From Candidatus Helarchaeota archaeon (GTDB lineage: Archaea; Asgardarchaeota; Lokiarchaeia; Helarchaeales; RDOG01): a stretch of DNA of 64,000 nucleotides. Under the pieces are notes generated by a model, which was not told where the DNA came from, ran no database searches, and saw nothing but the letters and a program-made list of their open reading frames with translations. The stretch spans positions 32,001-96,000 of the forward strand of contig JAHPZH010000006.1 of the NCBI GenBank assembly GCA_019058315.1, written 5' to 3'. The translations under genes were made by a program, and so were the position numbers. Each line of letters opens with the position of its first letter. Position 1 is the first letter of the stretch. This document shows positions 19,396 to 30,031 of this stretch, in pieces.

Positions 19396-20235
19396 TTATA
19401 ATTCAAAGGTCTTTTTTGCAAGTTCTGTAAATGCACTATTTACATTTTCTCCCGTTTTTGCAGACGTTTTATAAAATAAAGCATGAACCTTGGAAAATAA
19501 TTTTTTAATATCATTTTGGGAGACTTCATGTTTTTCGAGATCTATTTTATTACCAAAAATCGCCAAAGGGATTTTACCAGTCCATTTTATAATATCTTCC
19601 TTCCATTTTTTTATAGATTTAAATGTAACTTTTCTAGTAATATCAAATACTATTATAGCACAATTTGCACCTTGATAATAAAAATTTCTGATATCATGGA
19701 ATTGCTCATGACCTCCAATATCCCAGACAGTCATAGCTACATGCATTCCTGGGAGTTTTACAATCTTAAGGTTGAAGTCAGCTCCTAATGTGGGGGAATA
19801 CGAGTCATCAAATTTATTTTCTGCGAATCTTCTAATTAAAGAGCTTTTACCAACTGCAGGATCACCAACAACAACAACTTTTAAGGAATATTTTCCCTCA
19901 GTTACTTCTTCTTTTTCTTCGACTTTTTTTTCACGTTCAGGTATCGATAGATGACGCATCTTTTTAGGAATTTTTAATTCATCATATAATTTTTTAGCAA
20001 TCTCAAAATGTTTGTTTGCTTCATCTTGCCTGCCAATAGGCCAATAAGTATTTCCAATTTCAATTTCTACATTGGCTCTTTCTTTAGTCATTCCGAGTTT
20101 TGTATAAATTTCAACTACACTTTCCCAACACTTTACTGCCTCAGAAAAAAAACCATCATCTCGTGCTTTTAATCCTTTTTGAATTAAATTTTCTGCTTTT
20201 TCTTTATCTATCGAATTATCTTTCAATTTAAACAC
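19396..20235 (-). CDS. TPR-like domain fused to a Rab-like GTPase
   Basis: Helical TPR-like N-terminus; GDPAVGKSS, WDIGG, NKID, TSAK. Confidence 0.85.
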   Translation of the reverse strand: MFKLKDNSIDKEKAENLIQKGLKARDDGFFSEAVKCWESVVEIYTKLGMTKERANVEIEIGNTYWPIGRQDEANKHFEIAKKLYDELKIPKKMRHLSIPEREKKVEEKEEVTEGKYSLKVVVVGDPAVGKSSLIRRFAENKFDDSYSPTLGADFNLKIVKLPGMHVAMTVWDIGGHEQFHDIRNFYYQGANCAIIVFDITRKVTFKSIKKWKEDIIKWTGKIPLAIFGNKIDLEKHEVSQNDIKKLFSKVHALFYKTSAKTGENVNSAFTELAKKTFEL

Positions 20236-20369
20236 TCATAAAGATATTAATATTTTAATTCTATGTAACTTAATTTTTTAATATAAAATAATTAAGTTTT
20301 TCACTTAAAATTTAGGAAAAATCAAAAAATAACTTAAAGGCGAGAGAAAAAATTAGTTAAAATTAATTA

Positions 20370-20747
20370 ATGATTGGATATAGTTTTTTTTTTAATTTTG
20401 AGGTTAATATAATGATGATAAGGAATAATAAAAAGAGTGAAATGGTAGAAACTGATTTATATGAATTAAATTTACCAGGACAATTCATATTAAAAGAAGT
20501 AGTGGATAAAGATTCAAAACGCATAGGGGTTGTAAGAAATATTCGGTTAAAATTTCCTCAAAAAGTGGAATTAATTGTTAAAGGCATTGATATCGAGGTT
20601 CCAATAGATTTTAAAAATATTCAAAAAGTTGGTACAATTATTCAATTAAAAACAAAGATTAAAATTGCCGAAGAATGCGATGTTTCTGAAGTAGTTAGAT
20701 TAAGAAAAGAAATTGAACAAGAAATAAGTGAAATTTATACTGGTTAA
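20370..20747 (+). CDS. PRC-barrel domain protein
   Basis: KEVVDKDSKRIGVVRNI...IQKVGTIIQLK; true start probably downstream. Confidence 0.7.
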   Translation: MIGYSFFFNFEVNIMMIRNNKKSEMVETDLYELNLPGQFILKEVVDKDSKRIGVVRNIRLKFPQKVELIVKGIDIEVPIDFKNIQKVGTIIQLKTKIKIAEECDVSEVVRLRKEIEQEISEIYTG

Positions 20748-20780
20748 AAATAAATAAATTAGTAAAATTCTTTTAATATT

Positions 20781-21155
20781 CTAACCATTATAACCAGTAG
20801 ATTTGGAAATCCTTTTAATTCGTTCAATAGACTCTAAATAAGCTATTAATAATCGAAGATAAGAATTTAGGTTATCAATATCTTTTTCTTTCTCAATTAT
20901 TTTGGTTAATTCTTCAATTTTGCTATTAATCACTTCATTTAATTTGGCTAGCATAGATTCTTGTATGATAGATATAGCTTCTTTGTCATCTGTGATTTTA
21001 ATAACTTGTTTATTACAAGATGGGCAGAATAATAAATCATTTTTTAAAAATAATGGCGAATTACATGATGGACAAATGTCAGAGGTCATGGTATAACCTT
21101 GTTTCAACATTTCTGCCATCTTTTTAATTTTGTCATCTTCTTTTTTATCTTCCAA
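20781..21155 (-). CDS. Sjogren's syndrome/scleroderma autoantigen 1 family (UPF0148) zinc-ribbon protein
   Basis: MAEMLKQGYTMTSDICPSCNSPLF...FCPSC. Confidence 0.88.
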   Translation of the reverse strand: MEDKKEDDKIKKMAEMLKQGYTMTSDICPSCNSPLFLKNDLLFCPSCNKQVIKITDDKEAISIIQESMLAKLNEVINSKIEELTKIIEKEKDIDNLNSYLRLLIAYLESIERIKRISKSTGYNG

Positions 21156-21274
21156 AACAAATTCTCCAATTAATTTATGTAAATTTGATTTTTTCTAATA
21201 TTTAATAAACAAATAATTCATTATCAAATTAATATGTAATTTACAGAATTTTATTATATCTGATTAGAAAGTAT

Positions 21275-22564
21275 GTGATAATCATGTCCGACGATTGGGG
21301 ATTCATGAAAGATGCAATATATGGGTATATTATTATATCTAAAAACCAAAAAGAAATAATTGATACATATCCTATGCAAAGATTGAGAAGAATTAGACAA
21401 TTAGCTGGGTCAGAATATGTCTATATGGGAGCGACGCATTGCCGTTTTTCTCACTCATTAGGAGTTTCTCATTTAGCCGAACAATTAATAACAAATCTTT
21501 CTAGAGAAGTTGAGATCTCACCAACTCAAATCGAAAAGGTTAAAATTGCCGCTATGCTTCATGATGTAGGTCATGGTCCTTTTTCTCATATATCAGAATC
21601 ATTATTGATTAATTACTTAGGAAAAACTCATGAAGATATGACTAGCTGGCTAATTCAAAAATCAGTATTACAGGACAAATTAGAAAAAATCGGACATAAT
21701 TCTGATGAAATTTCAAAATTAGCAGTTGGTAAATTGAGAAAAAATGGGGAATTTTTCATGGATCAAATTATTTCTAGTTCCGTAGATGTCGATGCCCTCG
21801 ATTATATAGTTCGAGATAGTCGATTTTCCGGTGCAGAATATGGATTCGTAGATATTTTTAGATTAATTTATTCTATGAATATTATTTCTCCAAATGGAGA
21901 TTTAGCAATTGATTTAACAGCATTATCCGCCTTGGAAGCATTTTTATTAGCCAGATTTGAATCTTTTAAGAGTATTTATTTCCATAAAACTTCTCGCGCA
22001 GTTCAAATTATGATATGTGATGCACTCGATAAAGCAAAGGAAGAATTAAATTTTCTTGATATAAAAAATCCAGAAGACTATTTGAAATGGGACGATTATA
22101 CTACTTGGACCATGTTAAAAAACTCGAAGGGGGCAAATGCTATTATAAATGATTTATGTCATAGGAGATTATTAAAAGTTGCATATGAACAGACTTCACA
22201 TGTAAAAGAAGAAATTTTTCCCACAATTGTTACAAAGGATAAAGTTCGTTTACAAATTGAAGAAGAAATAGCAGAAATAGCAGGTATTGATCCTGATAAA
22301 GTGTGGATTGACGTCCCGAATTTACCTTCAGTCCCTTATCGTCATTCAATTCACTTTGAACCTATGGAAATTCCAGTATTTCAAAAAACACGTGACGGAA
22401 AGAAGATTAAAAAACGAATTACGGAAATTTCTAACGTGATAAGAGTATTAAAAGGATTTTTAAATATTGTTAGAGTTTACACCTTTGATGATAAAAGAGA
22501 TGTAGTCTCAAAAGCAGCAGAAAAGGTTTTTGGAATTCCTTCAAGTGCAAAAATTTCTATGTGA
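21275..22564 (+). CDS. HD-domain phosphohydrolase (dGTPase/SAMHD1-like)
   Basis: QRLRRIRQL, RFSHSLG, LHDVGHGPFSH, DYIVRD. Confidence 0.9.
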   Translation: MIIMSDDWGFMKDAIYGYIIISKNQKEIIDTYPMQRLRRIRQLAGSEYVYMGATHCRFSHSLGVSHLAEQLITNLSREVEISPTQIEKVKIAAMLHDVGHGPFSHISESLLINYLGKTHEDMTSWLIQKSVLQDKLEKIGHNSDEISKLAVGKLRKNGEFFMDQIISSSVDVDALDYIVRDSRFSGAEYGFVDIFRLIYSMNIISPNGDLAIDLTALSALEAFLLARFESFKSIYFHKTSRAVQIMICDALDKAKEELNFLDIKNPEDYLKWDDYTTWTMLKNSKGANAIINDLCHRRLLKVAYEQTSHVKEEIFPTIVTKDKVRLQIEEEIAEIAGIDPDKVWIDVPNLPSVPYRHSIHFEPMEIPVFQKTRDGKKIKKRITEISNVIRVLKGFLNIVRVYTFDDKRDVVSKAAEKVFGIPSSAKISM

Positions 22565-23039
22565 TCAACAAATCCTTTTCAAGAGTGATTTTATTATAAA
22601 TTTCTTTCATAATCATATTAGCTTTAGCATGAAGTATATCGTCAAATGAATAATTCTTAATAAAAATGTTTATACACATATTTGAATAAATTTCTAGTAA
22701 TTTAGCTAGTTTTAAACTTTTCTGGTAACTTTGTATTAACAGAAATTTGTCATTTTCAAAAGGTTTCATACTAGAAGAGGATTTTATTTTTTTAATAATT
22801 TGTTGTTTGTTAATACCTTTTTTTAAAAGCGTTTTATTATGAAATGTTGAAAAATTTGCATTATTAAAATATTTTTCATTTAATTGATTAATTTCAATTT
22901 GAAAAAAATTAGTTATTTCATTCATCTTATTATTTAACAATTCAGAAAAATTCTCCATATTATCTAAAAATATTTTAATAATTTGAATAATGTTATATGG
23001 TGTATTTATATTATCTGCCTCTTTTTTCAATTTAATCAT
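22557..23039 (-). CDS. Hypothetical protein
   Basis: 160-aa ORF with no recognisable motif. Confidence 0.45.
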   Translation of the reverse strand: MIKLKKEADNINTPYNIIQIIKIFLDNMENFSELLNNKMNEITNFFQIEINQLNEKYFNNANFSTFHNKTLLKKGINKQQIIKKIKSSSSMKPFENDKFLLIQSYQKSLKLAKLLEIYSNMCINIFIKNYSFDDILHAKANMIMKEIYNKITLEKDLLIT

Positions 23040-23232
23040 TTTATAATTTTATTATTGTTAATTTGCGCATTAAATATAATAAAATCTATTGCTAAAACTA
23101 ATTAAACTGTTATATTTTAATATTTAAACCACATCTCTTATTATTGCGCAACTGATATGATCAATAAATGGATTTATAGAATTTTTAAGGAGGAAGTTTA
23201 TTATTAATTAACGAAATATTTTTGGATGAAAA

Positions 23233-23841
23233 ATGATTAATTTTAAATGTTTAAGGTGTGGTAATTGCTGCAAACAAAGATATGTTTGCATTTACTATTC
23301 AGAATTAAACAAATTAGAAAAATTAAAGAATAAAACTAATAAAGACATTAATTTAATTCCCTTTCGTTATTACGTTGATAAAATAAATGAGATAATAATC
23401 GATGTAATCTATAGAATCGATTCAAAACCATGTCCTTTTCTGAAAAATAATTTATGTGGAATCCAGAATGAAAAATTTATATCTTGTAAAAAATTTCCTA
23501 TAGCAACCTGGATAGATCTAGGTTTTTTTTCCAAATTAGGTTTTAATAGGTTATATTTTGAATTAGATAATCATTGTTCTTTTCTTATAAAGAATAAGAA
23601 TTATTTAAATTCAATCAAGAAATTAAAATTAGAAGATATCTTTAAAGAAGAAGTGTATGCAAACCTTGAGGATCATAAAATTTGGACCTTAATAAACTCA
23701 AAAATAAAGAAAATTGTAAAAGAAAAGAAGTTGGACATAATAATCGATTATAAATTAAGAAAAAAAGATTCAAATTATGTTAATAAAATTTTGAAAAAAT
23801 GGTCTCATAAACCTGTGCATGTTTATTTTGAGGAACTATAA
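23233..23841 (+). CDS. YkgJ-family cysteine-cluster protein
   Basis: CLRCGNCC...CPFL..C..CKKFP. Confidence 0.8.
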   Translation: MINFKCLRCGNCCKQRYVCIYYSELNKLEKLKNKTNKDINLIPFRYYVDKINEIIIDVIYRIDSKPCPFLKNNLCGIQNEKFISCKKFPIATWIDLGFFSKLGFNRLYFELDNHCSFLIKNKNYLNSIKKLKLEDIFKEEVYANLEDHKIWTLINSKIKKIVKEKKLDIIIDYKLRKKDSNYVNKILKKWSHKPVHVYFEEL

Positions 23842-23865
23842 TTACTATTTTTTATGATTAAATTG

Positions 23866-24054
23866 TTACCCAAAACCTAATTGTCCAAAAAGTGCAAAAA
23901 TCGAACTTGATAACCACTGAAAAATTCCAAAAATTAAGCCGATTATGATTATTATCATTGCAATTGATAGTCCTAATAACAAAGCTTCTTCAGTTATTGG
24001 TCCAACTAATGTAATTAAAGAAAAAGATTTTGAATTTTTAAATTTCCAATTCAT
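23866..24054 (-). CDS. Small single-TM protein, possibly pilin-like
   Basis: GPITEE followed by a long hydrophobic helix. Confidence 0.45.
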   Translation of the reverse strand: MNWKFKNSKSFSLITLVGPITEEALLLGLSIAMIIIIIGLIFGIFQWLSSSIFALFGQLGFG

Positions 24055-24142
24055 TTTAATTCTAAAATAATCCTTATCAAACTATTTAAACTCAAATTTT
24101 TATATCGAAGTCCTAAAAGTATTGAATATATGATAAATTCAG

Positions 24143-25015
24143 TCAAATTTTCAATAAATTGAATACAGAAATTATATCATTTATTGAAAAATCATCAGAA
24201 AGTAAATTTAAAATTGATTGTCGATTATAAATTTTATTACTATTTATGGTTAGAATCTTTTTTCCAATATTTATTCCATTAACATTTAATTTTGATTCAT
24301 ATTTTGACAGAAATTCTTGTTCTCTTTCCCATAATAATATAGTTTTAATCCATAACTTGCTTAGCCCCTGTAAAATAATTGGAGAGACATATGTTGTCCA
24401 ATTACCACCATGAGCACAATGACCAATCCATAGTTTCTGTTCTTTATTCCAAGTAAAGACATTTGTGATTAATGGATATTTTGAGCAAGTTGGTGGTTTA
24501 TATTTATGAATTAAACAACATTTTTTGTCGAAATCGAATGCAATACAAAATTTTTCATCATTTATTTCTTTTAATTTTAATTTGTATTTACCATTCTTTT
24601 TATAAAAATTTTCAAAAGGAAAAATTCTTTCAGATATTATTCTATTATAGTCAATTAATTCAACAGAATAATTACCATGACAACAACCATGAAAATCTCG
24701 ACATTCTGTTAAACAATCAGGAGATTTTTTTGCAATTCTATTTAAAAACGCACCTCGAATTAAATCATAAAGCTTTATCGAATCGTGAATAAAAGATTTA
24801 GAAAATAAATCTTTTAAATAATTTTGAAATTTTAAAATTTTATTTAAATTTAATTCTTGGTTTGTAAATTCATTAAATTTTTCTAGATTTGCTTTTTGGA
24901 ACTCAAAATCTAAATCTGGTATAACTAATTGATTCAAAATTAGTTCAAAAATTTCAAATATTTTAATAAAGTAATGATTTTTTATGAAATACTTAAGATT
25001 TATGACTTTCTGCAT
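24143..25015 (-). CDS. YkgJ-family cysteine-cluster protein
   Basis: C...HGCC...CIAFD..CLIHKYKPPTCSKYP. Confidence 0.75.
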   Translation of the reverse strand: MQKVINLKYFIKNHYFIKIFEIFELILNQLVIPDLDFEFQKANLEKFNEFTNQELNLNKILKFQNYLKDLFSKSFIHDSIKLYDLIRGAFLNRIAKKSPDCLTECRDFHGCCHGNYSVELIDYNRIISERIFPFENFYKKNGKYKLKLKEINDEKFCIAFDFDKKCCLIHKYKPPTCSKYPLITNVFTWNKEQKLWIGHCAHGGNWTTYVSPIILQGLSKLWIKTILLWEREQEFLSKYESKLNVNGINIGKKILTINSNKIYNRQSILNLLSDDFSINDIISVFNLLKI

Positions 25016-25068
25016 TATCTGATTCCTTAAAGAATTATTTAATGAGAATTAGAATAGATTCAATAGGA

Positions 25069-25449
25069 TTAATGGCTAATTCTGTTTAATAACTTATTAA
25101 CAACTTCAAACAATGAATTATAATGATCTTTAATATCTGAGGCAAAGTTTGTAATAGCGATTGATAATGTGTTTTTAGTTTTGGCAATTTTTTCAGCTAT
25201 AGCTCTCGTTATTAATTCATTTCTTACTCCAAACATAAGTGGAATTGTAGATGAATTAATTTGATTTAAATTGTCTAATTTGATTGGAACAGAAATTGCA
25301 ATGGAACCAATTTTATAATCATTATCTGTTATAAAAATCATAACCCCATTATTAAATTCGGTCAAAAACCCAGTAATTTTTATATTATTTGAAATAAATT
25401 TTTCTTCTTTTAGCCAATTTAAACCTTTATGTGCATTATTTATATTCAT
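25069..25449 (-). CDS. Hypothetical protein, possibly proteasome assembly chaperone-like
   Basis: Follows the proteasome beta gene on the same strand; KIGSIAISVP pattern. Confidence 0.45.
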   Translation of the reverse strand: MNINNAHKGLNWLKEEKFISNNIKITGFLTEFNNGVMIFITDNDYKIGSIAISVPIKLDNLNQINSSTIPLMFGVRNELITRAIAEKIAKTKNTLSIAITNFASDIKDHYNSLFEVVNKLLNRISH

Positions 25450-25581
25450 ATTAGGTCCCTAAAGAGAAAAATTTAGAAATAATTTTCCAAAATACTTAAC
25501 AAATAAATAAAAAGATTAGTTTTAAAATTAAAAGGCTATTTGTTATGTAAAATTTAGAGTTTTTTAATTCTAATTTTTAAA

Positions 25582-26199
25582 TTATAAATTAATTTCCGAA
25601 AATTCGGCTCCTTTTTGACTTATCAATAGGACATCTATTCCATTTCCAGATAAAGGATCTCTTTCGGAAGCAGATTTTATTGCTTTTATTAAAAGTTGTT
25701 TACCTTCTTCAAGTGACATATTTTCTTTATATTCTTCTTCCAATACTCCAATTGCCACTTGAGCTCCTGTTCCAATCGCAGCATAGACGTCATCTATAAG
25801 TGATCCAATCAAATCAAGTGCAAATAATTGACCGCCCTTATCGTCAATTCCGCCTACTAAAGTATCAGTAAAATAAGGAAACCAGCGCCTGGAATATAAA
25901 ACCCCGGACATAAATTTTGCAGTACTTTTTACTGAAATTTTTCTTCCTCTTTCAAAACTGAATAATAAAGTATATGCTCTAATTGTACTAGTAAGTATTT
26001 GAAAATCTGAGATTAAACCAGCACAAGCGATGCCTATCCAGTCGGTTACTTTAAAAACTTTCTTGCCAGTTTTGCTAAGTACCCTACCCGCAAAATGAAC
26101 TCTTTTTTCAGAAGCTAAAGCTACCCCATCTTTGCATACACAGCCAACTGTTGTGGCTCCTGGTGCCCAATCTATGCCAAAAGACATTTTATTCACCAA
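25582..26199 (-). CDS. psmB: Proteasome beta subunit, probably catalytically inactive
   Basis: PGATTVG..DGVALASEKR, GTGAQ.A.G.LE, RDPLSG; the Thr1 position is Ala. Confidence 0.9.
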   Translation of the reverse strand: MVNKMSFGIDWAPGATTVGCVCKDGVALASEKRVHFAGRVLSKTGKKVFKVTDWIGIACAGLISDFQILTSTIRAYTLLFSFERGRKISVKSTAKFMSGVLYSRRWFPYFTDTLVGGIDDKGGQLFALDLIGSLIDDVYAAIGTGAQVAIGVLEEEYKENMSLEEGKQLLIKAIKSASERDPLSGNGIDVLLISQKGAEFSEINL

Positions 26200-26288
26200 T
26201 TATATAATTTTATTACAATTAATTTATTCGAAGATTTACTCTAAAATATTTTCTTTATTTATTTTTATTATTATCTTAGGGTTAAAAA

Positions 26289-26543
26289 TTGCCTAGTAAA
26301 ATAAGATCCTTATTGAATAAAATAAAATGGGATCCTCAATTAAAAAGGAAAGATTTTCTCTTGACATTTATTCATAGAGGAATTCCGAGAAACAGAAAAA
26401 CTATTGAATCCAAACAATTAATAGATATTACTCAGAACTTTTTTTCATATAAAGATAATGGAACTATAACGCATATTCCATTTCATAGAATAATTGAGAT
26501 AAAGAATAAAAAAACAAATGAAATAATATATTTAAAAAAATGA
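26289..26543 (+). CDS. DUF504/UPF0248 family protein
   Basis: LNKIKWD...FIHRG...IPFHRI. Confidence 0.85.
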   Translation: MPSKIRSLLNKIKWDPQLKRKDFLLTFIHRGIPRNRKTIESKQLIDITQNFFSYKDNGTITHIPFHRIIEIKNKKTNEIIYLKK

Positions 26544-26552
26544 GATAAAATC

Positions 26553-27551
26553 ATGAATCCTTTTAAAATAGCTTATATCCCACATTCACAAGAATTATTA
26601 GATATTTCATTTCATAAAACTTCTAAATTAAATTTAAAAGTTAACCCAAAATTTTCAGCAAAAAAAAAGGCAAGACTAAAGGAACTAAAAAGAATTAATC
26701 ATGTAGCACAACATATTAAGAATAAGATTATAAAAATTGTTAAATCTTTTCCAACTTTTGAAAAACTTCACCCGTTTTATTATGAATTAACAAATATTTT
26801 AGTAAATGTTAAAAATGTTAAAAAATTACTAGGTTCTCTTTCTGGAACTAATAATGTAATTGAAACAATCTTAAATAAAACGGTGAGTAGAATTCGTTCA
26901 TATGAAAATCCTAAGGATATTGCACAAGAAAGGATAAAATTTTATGGTAGAATTTCTTCAATAATTTACAAAATGAAAAACAATTTAGAAGAATTAAGAA
27001 ATATTAGAAAGATATTAATTAAATTACCTTCAGTTTCATTTGATATTCCGACAATAGTTGTTGCAGGATATCCGAATGTTGGAAAAAGTTCCCTTGTAAA
27101 AATTATTTCTTCAGCAACTCCAAAAATAGACTATTATCCATTTACAACAAAATCTATCAATATTGGTTATACTAAATTCAATAATATACGATTTCAAATA
27201 TTAGATACCCCCGGTTTATTAGATAGAGAATTATTAAAACGTAATAAAATAGAATTACAAGCAATTATAGCGTTAAAATATCTTGCAAAAAAAATTGCTT
27301 TTATTATTGATCCTTCTGAGTCATGCGGCTATCCTATTACTAATCAAATAAATTTATATCGTGAAATTTGTAAGCTCTTTCCAGAAATACCTATTTTTTT
27401 AATATTTAATAAAATGGATCTAATTTCAAAGGAGAGACTTGAAATTATCAAAAAAAATGAAATATTTAATGAAAACATATTTTTTATAATAGCCGTTCAA
27501 GGAGAAGGAATTCCAAAATTATTAGAAGAATTATTCGATAATAATAATTGA
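26553..27551 (+). CDS. NOG1-family GTPase
   Basis: LHPFY, AGYPNVGKSS, YPFTT, DTPGLLDR. Confidence 0.92.
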   Translation: MNPFKIAYIPHSQELLDISFHKTSKLNLKVNPKFSAKKKARLKELKRINHVAQHIKNKIIKIVKSFPTFEKLHPFYYELTNILVNVKNVKKLLGSLSGTNNVIETILNKTVSRIRSYENPKDIAQERIKFYGRISSIIYKMKNNLEELRNIRKILIKLPSVSFDIPTIVVAGYPNVGKSSLVKIISSATPKIDYYPFTTKSINIGYTKFNNIRFQILDTPGLLDRELLKRNKIELQAIIALKYLAKKIAFIIDPSESCGYPITNQINLYREICKLFPEIPIFLIFNKMDLISKERLEIIKKNEIFNENIFFIIAVQGEGIPKLLEELFDNNN

Positions 27552-27667
27552 ACTCATAATTGATTGAACCTAATTTTTAACCTACCCCGTTTTTTACAAG
27601 AAGTAGTTAAAAATATGTTTTTATATAAAATATTAATAATAAAATTTCAACTAAGGGTGAATGTACA

Positions 27668-28429
27668 ATGAAAATCCAAGATATTTTATCTTTTTGGCTA
27701 GGAATCGGATTATTAATAATTTGTGGGATAAATATCAGTTTTATCTTTTATTTAAAACTTCATTTTAATTATCCAATCAGTATTTTTATAATTCACAGTT
27801 TTCCAATGTTTTTCTTAATCCCATCAGCAATTTTATTTTTATATTACAGTTTAAATAAGGTATCCAATTACGCTAAGTTAGGTTTTATTTTAGGCATTCC
27901 ATTTTGGACGTTTTTTCTATGGATAACTGTAAGTTTCATATCTCTTTATTTTAGTATTAGCGTAATTTCCATTTCTTCAATTATACTTGCCTTAATATTT
28001 ACTTCAATAATATTTAGCCGCCGAAAAAAAATAGATACTGCAATTCCATTAAAAAATTCATTCAAATTTACCCCTTCAAGATTAAGCTACATCCTTTTGT
28101 ATATATTAGGAATATTTTTAATTATTATTCAGCTTACACTTTTTTTAAATATATTCTATAATTATCGTATAAGTTCTAAATTATTAACACAATATAGTGA
28201 TTTATTTAATTTTATTCCACTTTTTTTTGATGATTTGGAAAGTGCTAAAGGTTTTTTTTATTTGGGTTTAATAATTAGTGCAAATCATCAAAACATAAAT
28301 TCTCAATTAAGCCAATTTTTTGATATAGCTAAATATTTGATTATATTAGGAAGTATTTTGATTTTAATTGGTGTTTTTTTACATATCATTAGAAAACAAA
28401 GATTGAAAGATTCCCCTGAACCCCAATAA
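27668..28429 (+). CDS. Hypothetical multi-pass membrane protein
   Basis: About 6 hydrophobic segments. Confidence 0.6.
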   Translation: MKIQDILSFWLGIGLLIICGINISFIFYLKLHFNYPISIFIIHSFPMFFLIPSAILFLYYSLNKVSNYAKLGFILGIPFWTFFLWITVSFISLYFSISVISISSIILALIFTSIIFSRRKKIDTAIPLKNSFKFTPSRLSYILLYILGIFLIIIQLTLFLNIFYNYRISSKLLTQYSDLFNFIPLFFDDLESAKGFFYLGLIISANHQNINSQLSQFFDIAKYLIILGSILILIGVFLHIIRKQRLKDSPEPQ

Positions 28430-28537
28430 TCATGAACCTGATAATAACTCATCGTGTAGATTATGGTATAATCTGAAAAAGTATTAGATGAATTATATGA
28501 AAATTTATAATATAAAATTAATTAATCGATTTTAATT

Positions 28538-28678
28538 TTAACCTACACTATTAATTGCAACTTTAATCATTTCAAGAATATTAATAATTAATGGGAATCC
28601 TATCAATAAAGCAAAAACTAATCCTATGCTAATTAAAAGTACTTTTTCAACTGTTAATTCTACCACTATTATTCTCAT
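28538..28678 (-). CDS. Small membrane protein (46 aa), below the ORF-track size cutoff
   Basis: MRIIVVELTVEKVLLISIGLVFALLIGFPLIINILEMIKVAINSVG*. Confidence 0.45.
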   Translation of the reverse strand: MRIIVVELTVEKVLLISIGLVFALLIGFPLIINILEMIKVAINSVG

Positions 28679-28804
28679 TCTTTTTTCTATATTTTTGAAA
28701 AAGATTATTAAAACACCACGAATTTATTTAAAAATTAGTTTTAGTATTTAAATAAGGATAAAAAATGGAATATTTCAAGACTTTAAGATTAAATAGTATT
28801 TTAA

Positions 28805-29881
28805 TTAAAAAAAAGAGAATTCACGTCTTCCCGTTTTAATATTCCCTTCAATATTTATTTTAGTACCGCAATTAGAGCAAGTATTTTTTTGGGTTAAGTT
28901 ATTGAGATTAAGGGAGTAACCTACACGTTTAATAATAATTTTTTTACACTTTGGACAATATGTATTTTCATATTCATCAGTAGAAACATTACCTGCATAA
29001 ACATAATGCAATCCAATTTCTTCATAAGCAATTTTACACGCATTTATAATCGTTTCATATGGCGTATGTGGTGCGTTTAATTTATACATTGGTCTATAAG
29101 CTGAAAAATGAAGAGGAACATCAAAGTCCATAGAATTTCTAATCCATTTAGCGAGATTTTTTATTTCATCCAGATTATCATTATATCCTGGTATAATTAG
29201 ATTCGTACATTCCACAAATACACCTTTTTTATGCATGTATTCTGTTGCGTCTAATACACGAGTTAATCCTCCTTTTGGAGTTAAACAAACTTTTTGATAA
29301 AATTCATCTGTAAAAGCTTTGATATCAACATTTGCGGCATCAACACCCGCATTTATTAGTTCTTCGAGCGGATCAAGATTAATATATCCATTAGTAACAA
29401 GTATATTTTTTATTTTTGCTTTTTTCGCTAGTTTTATAGTATCCAAGATAAACTCAAACCAAATAAGTGGTTCATTATAAGTATAAGCAATGCTGGTACA
29501 ATTATTAGAAGCTGCCATCTCAACAACATTATCTGGAGTTTTTTCTTTAAGGAATCTTTTAGTATTTTCCACATTTGTTTGCGAAATTGAAAAGTTTTGA
29601 CAATGTTTACAATGTAGTGAACATCCAACTGATGATATTGAAAAGGCATTTGAACCCGGATAGAAATTATAAAGAGGTTTTTTTTCTATTGGGTCAATAG
29701 CAATAGAAGATAATGAACCATAAATTAAAGAATATAATTTTCCTCCCTCATTTTTTCTGGTTCCACAATTTCCAATTTTATTTGGGTATATTTTACACAT
29801 TCTTGGACATATTTTACATTGAACTACCTCATTCTCTAATTTCTCATAGTATAAAGCTAGTTTCTTCAAAAGAATCGCCAA
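28805..29881 (-). CDS. AmmeMemoRadiSam-system radical SAM enzyme
   Basis: CKICPRMC, DPIEKKPL, CSLHCKHCQN, YTYNEP. Confidence 0.92.
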   Translation of the reverse strand: MAILLKKLALYYEKLENEVVQCKICPRMCKIYPNKIGNCGTRKNEGGKLYSLIYGSLSSIAIDPIEKKPLYNFYPGSNAFSISSVGCSLHCKHCQNFSISQTNVENTKRFLKEKTPDNVVEMAASNNCTSIAYTYNEPLIWFEFILDTIKLAKKAKIKNILVTNGYINLDPLEELINAGVDAANVDIKAFTDEFYQKVCLTPKGGLTRVLDATEYMHKKGVFVECTNLIIPGYNDNLDEIKNLAKWIRNSMDFDVPLHFSAYRPMYKLNAPHTPYETIINACKIAYEEIGLHYVYAGNVSTDEYENTYCPKCKKIIIKRVGYSLNLNNLTQKNTCSNCGTKINIEGNIKTGRREFSFF

Positions 29882-30031
29882 AAAAAATATAAAATTGAAT
29901 TAAATTTAAAATTAATTCCAATTTATATTATAAAAAAGAAAAGATTTTAATATTATTTTTTAATTAGAAAACAAATATTAAAGAATCGATAACAATATTG
30001 AATTATTTATAATATTAAGGAGAATTTCAAA

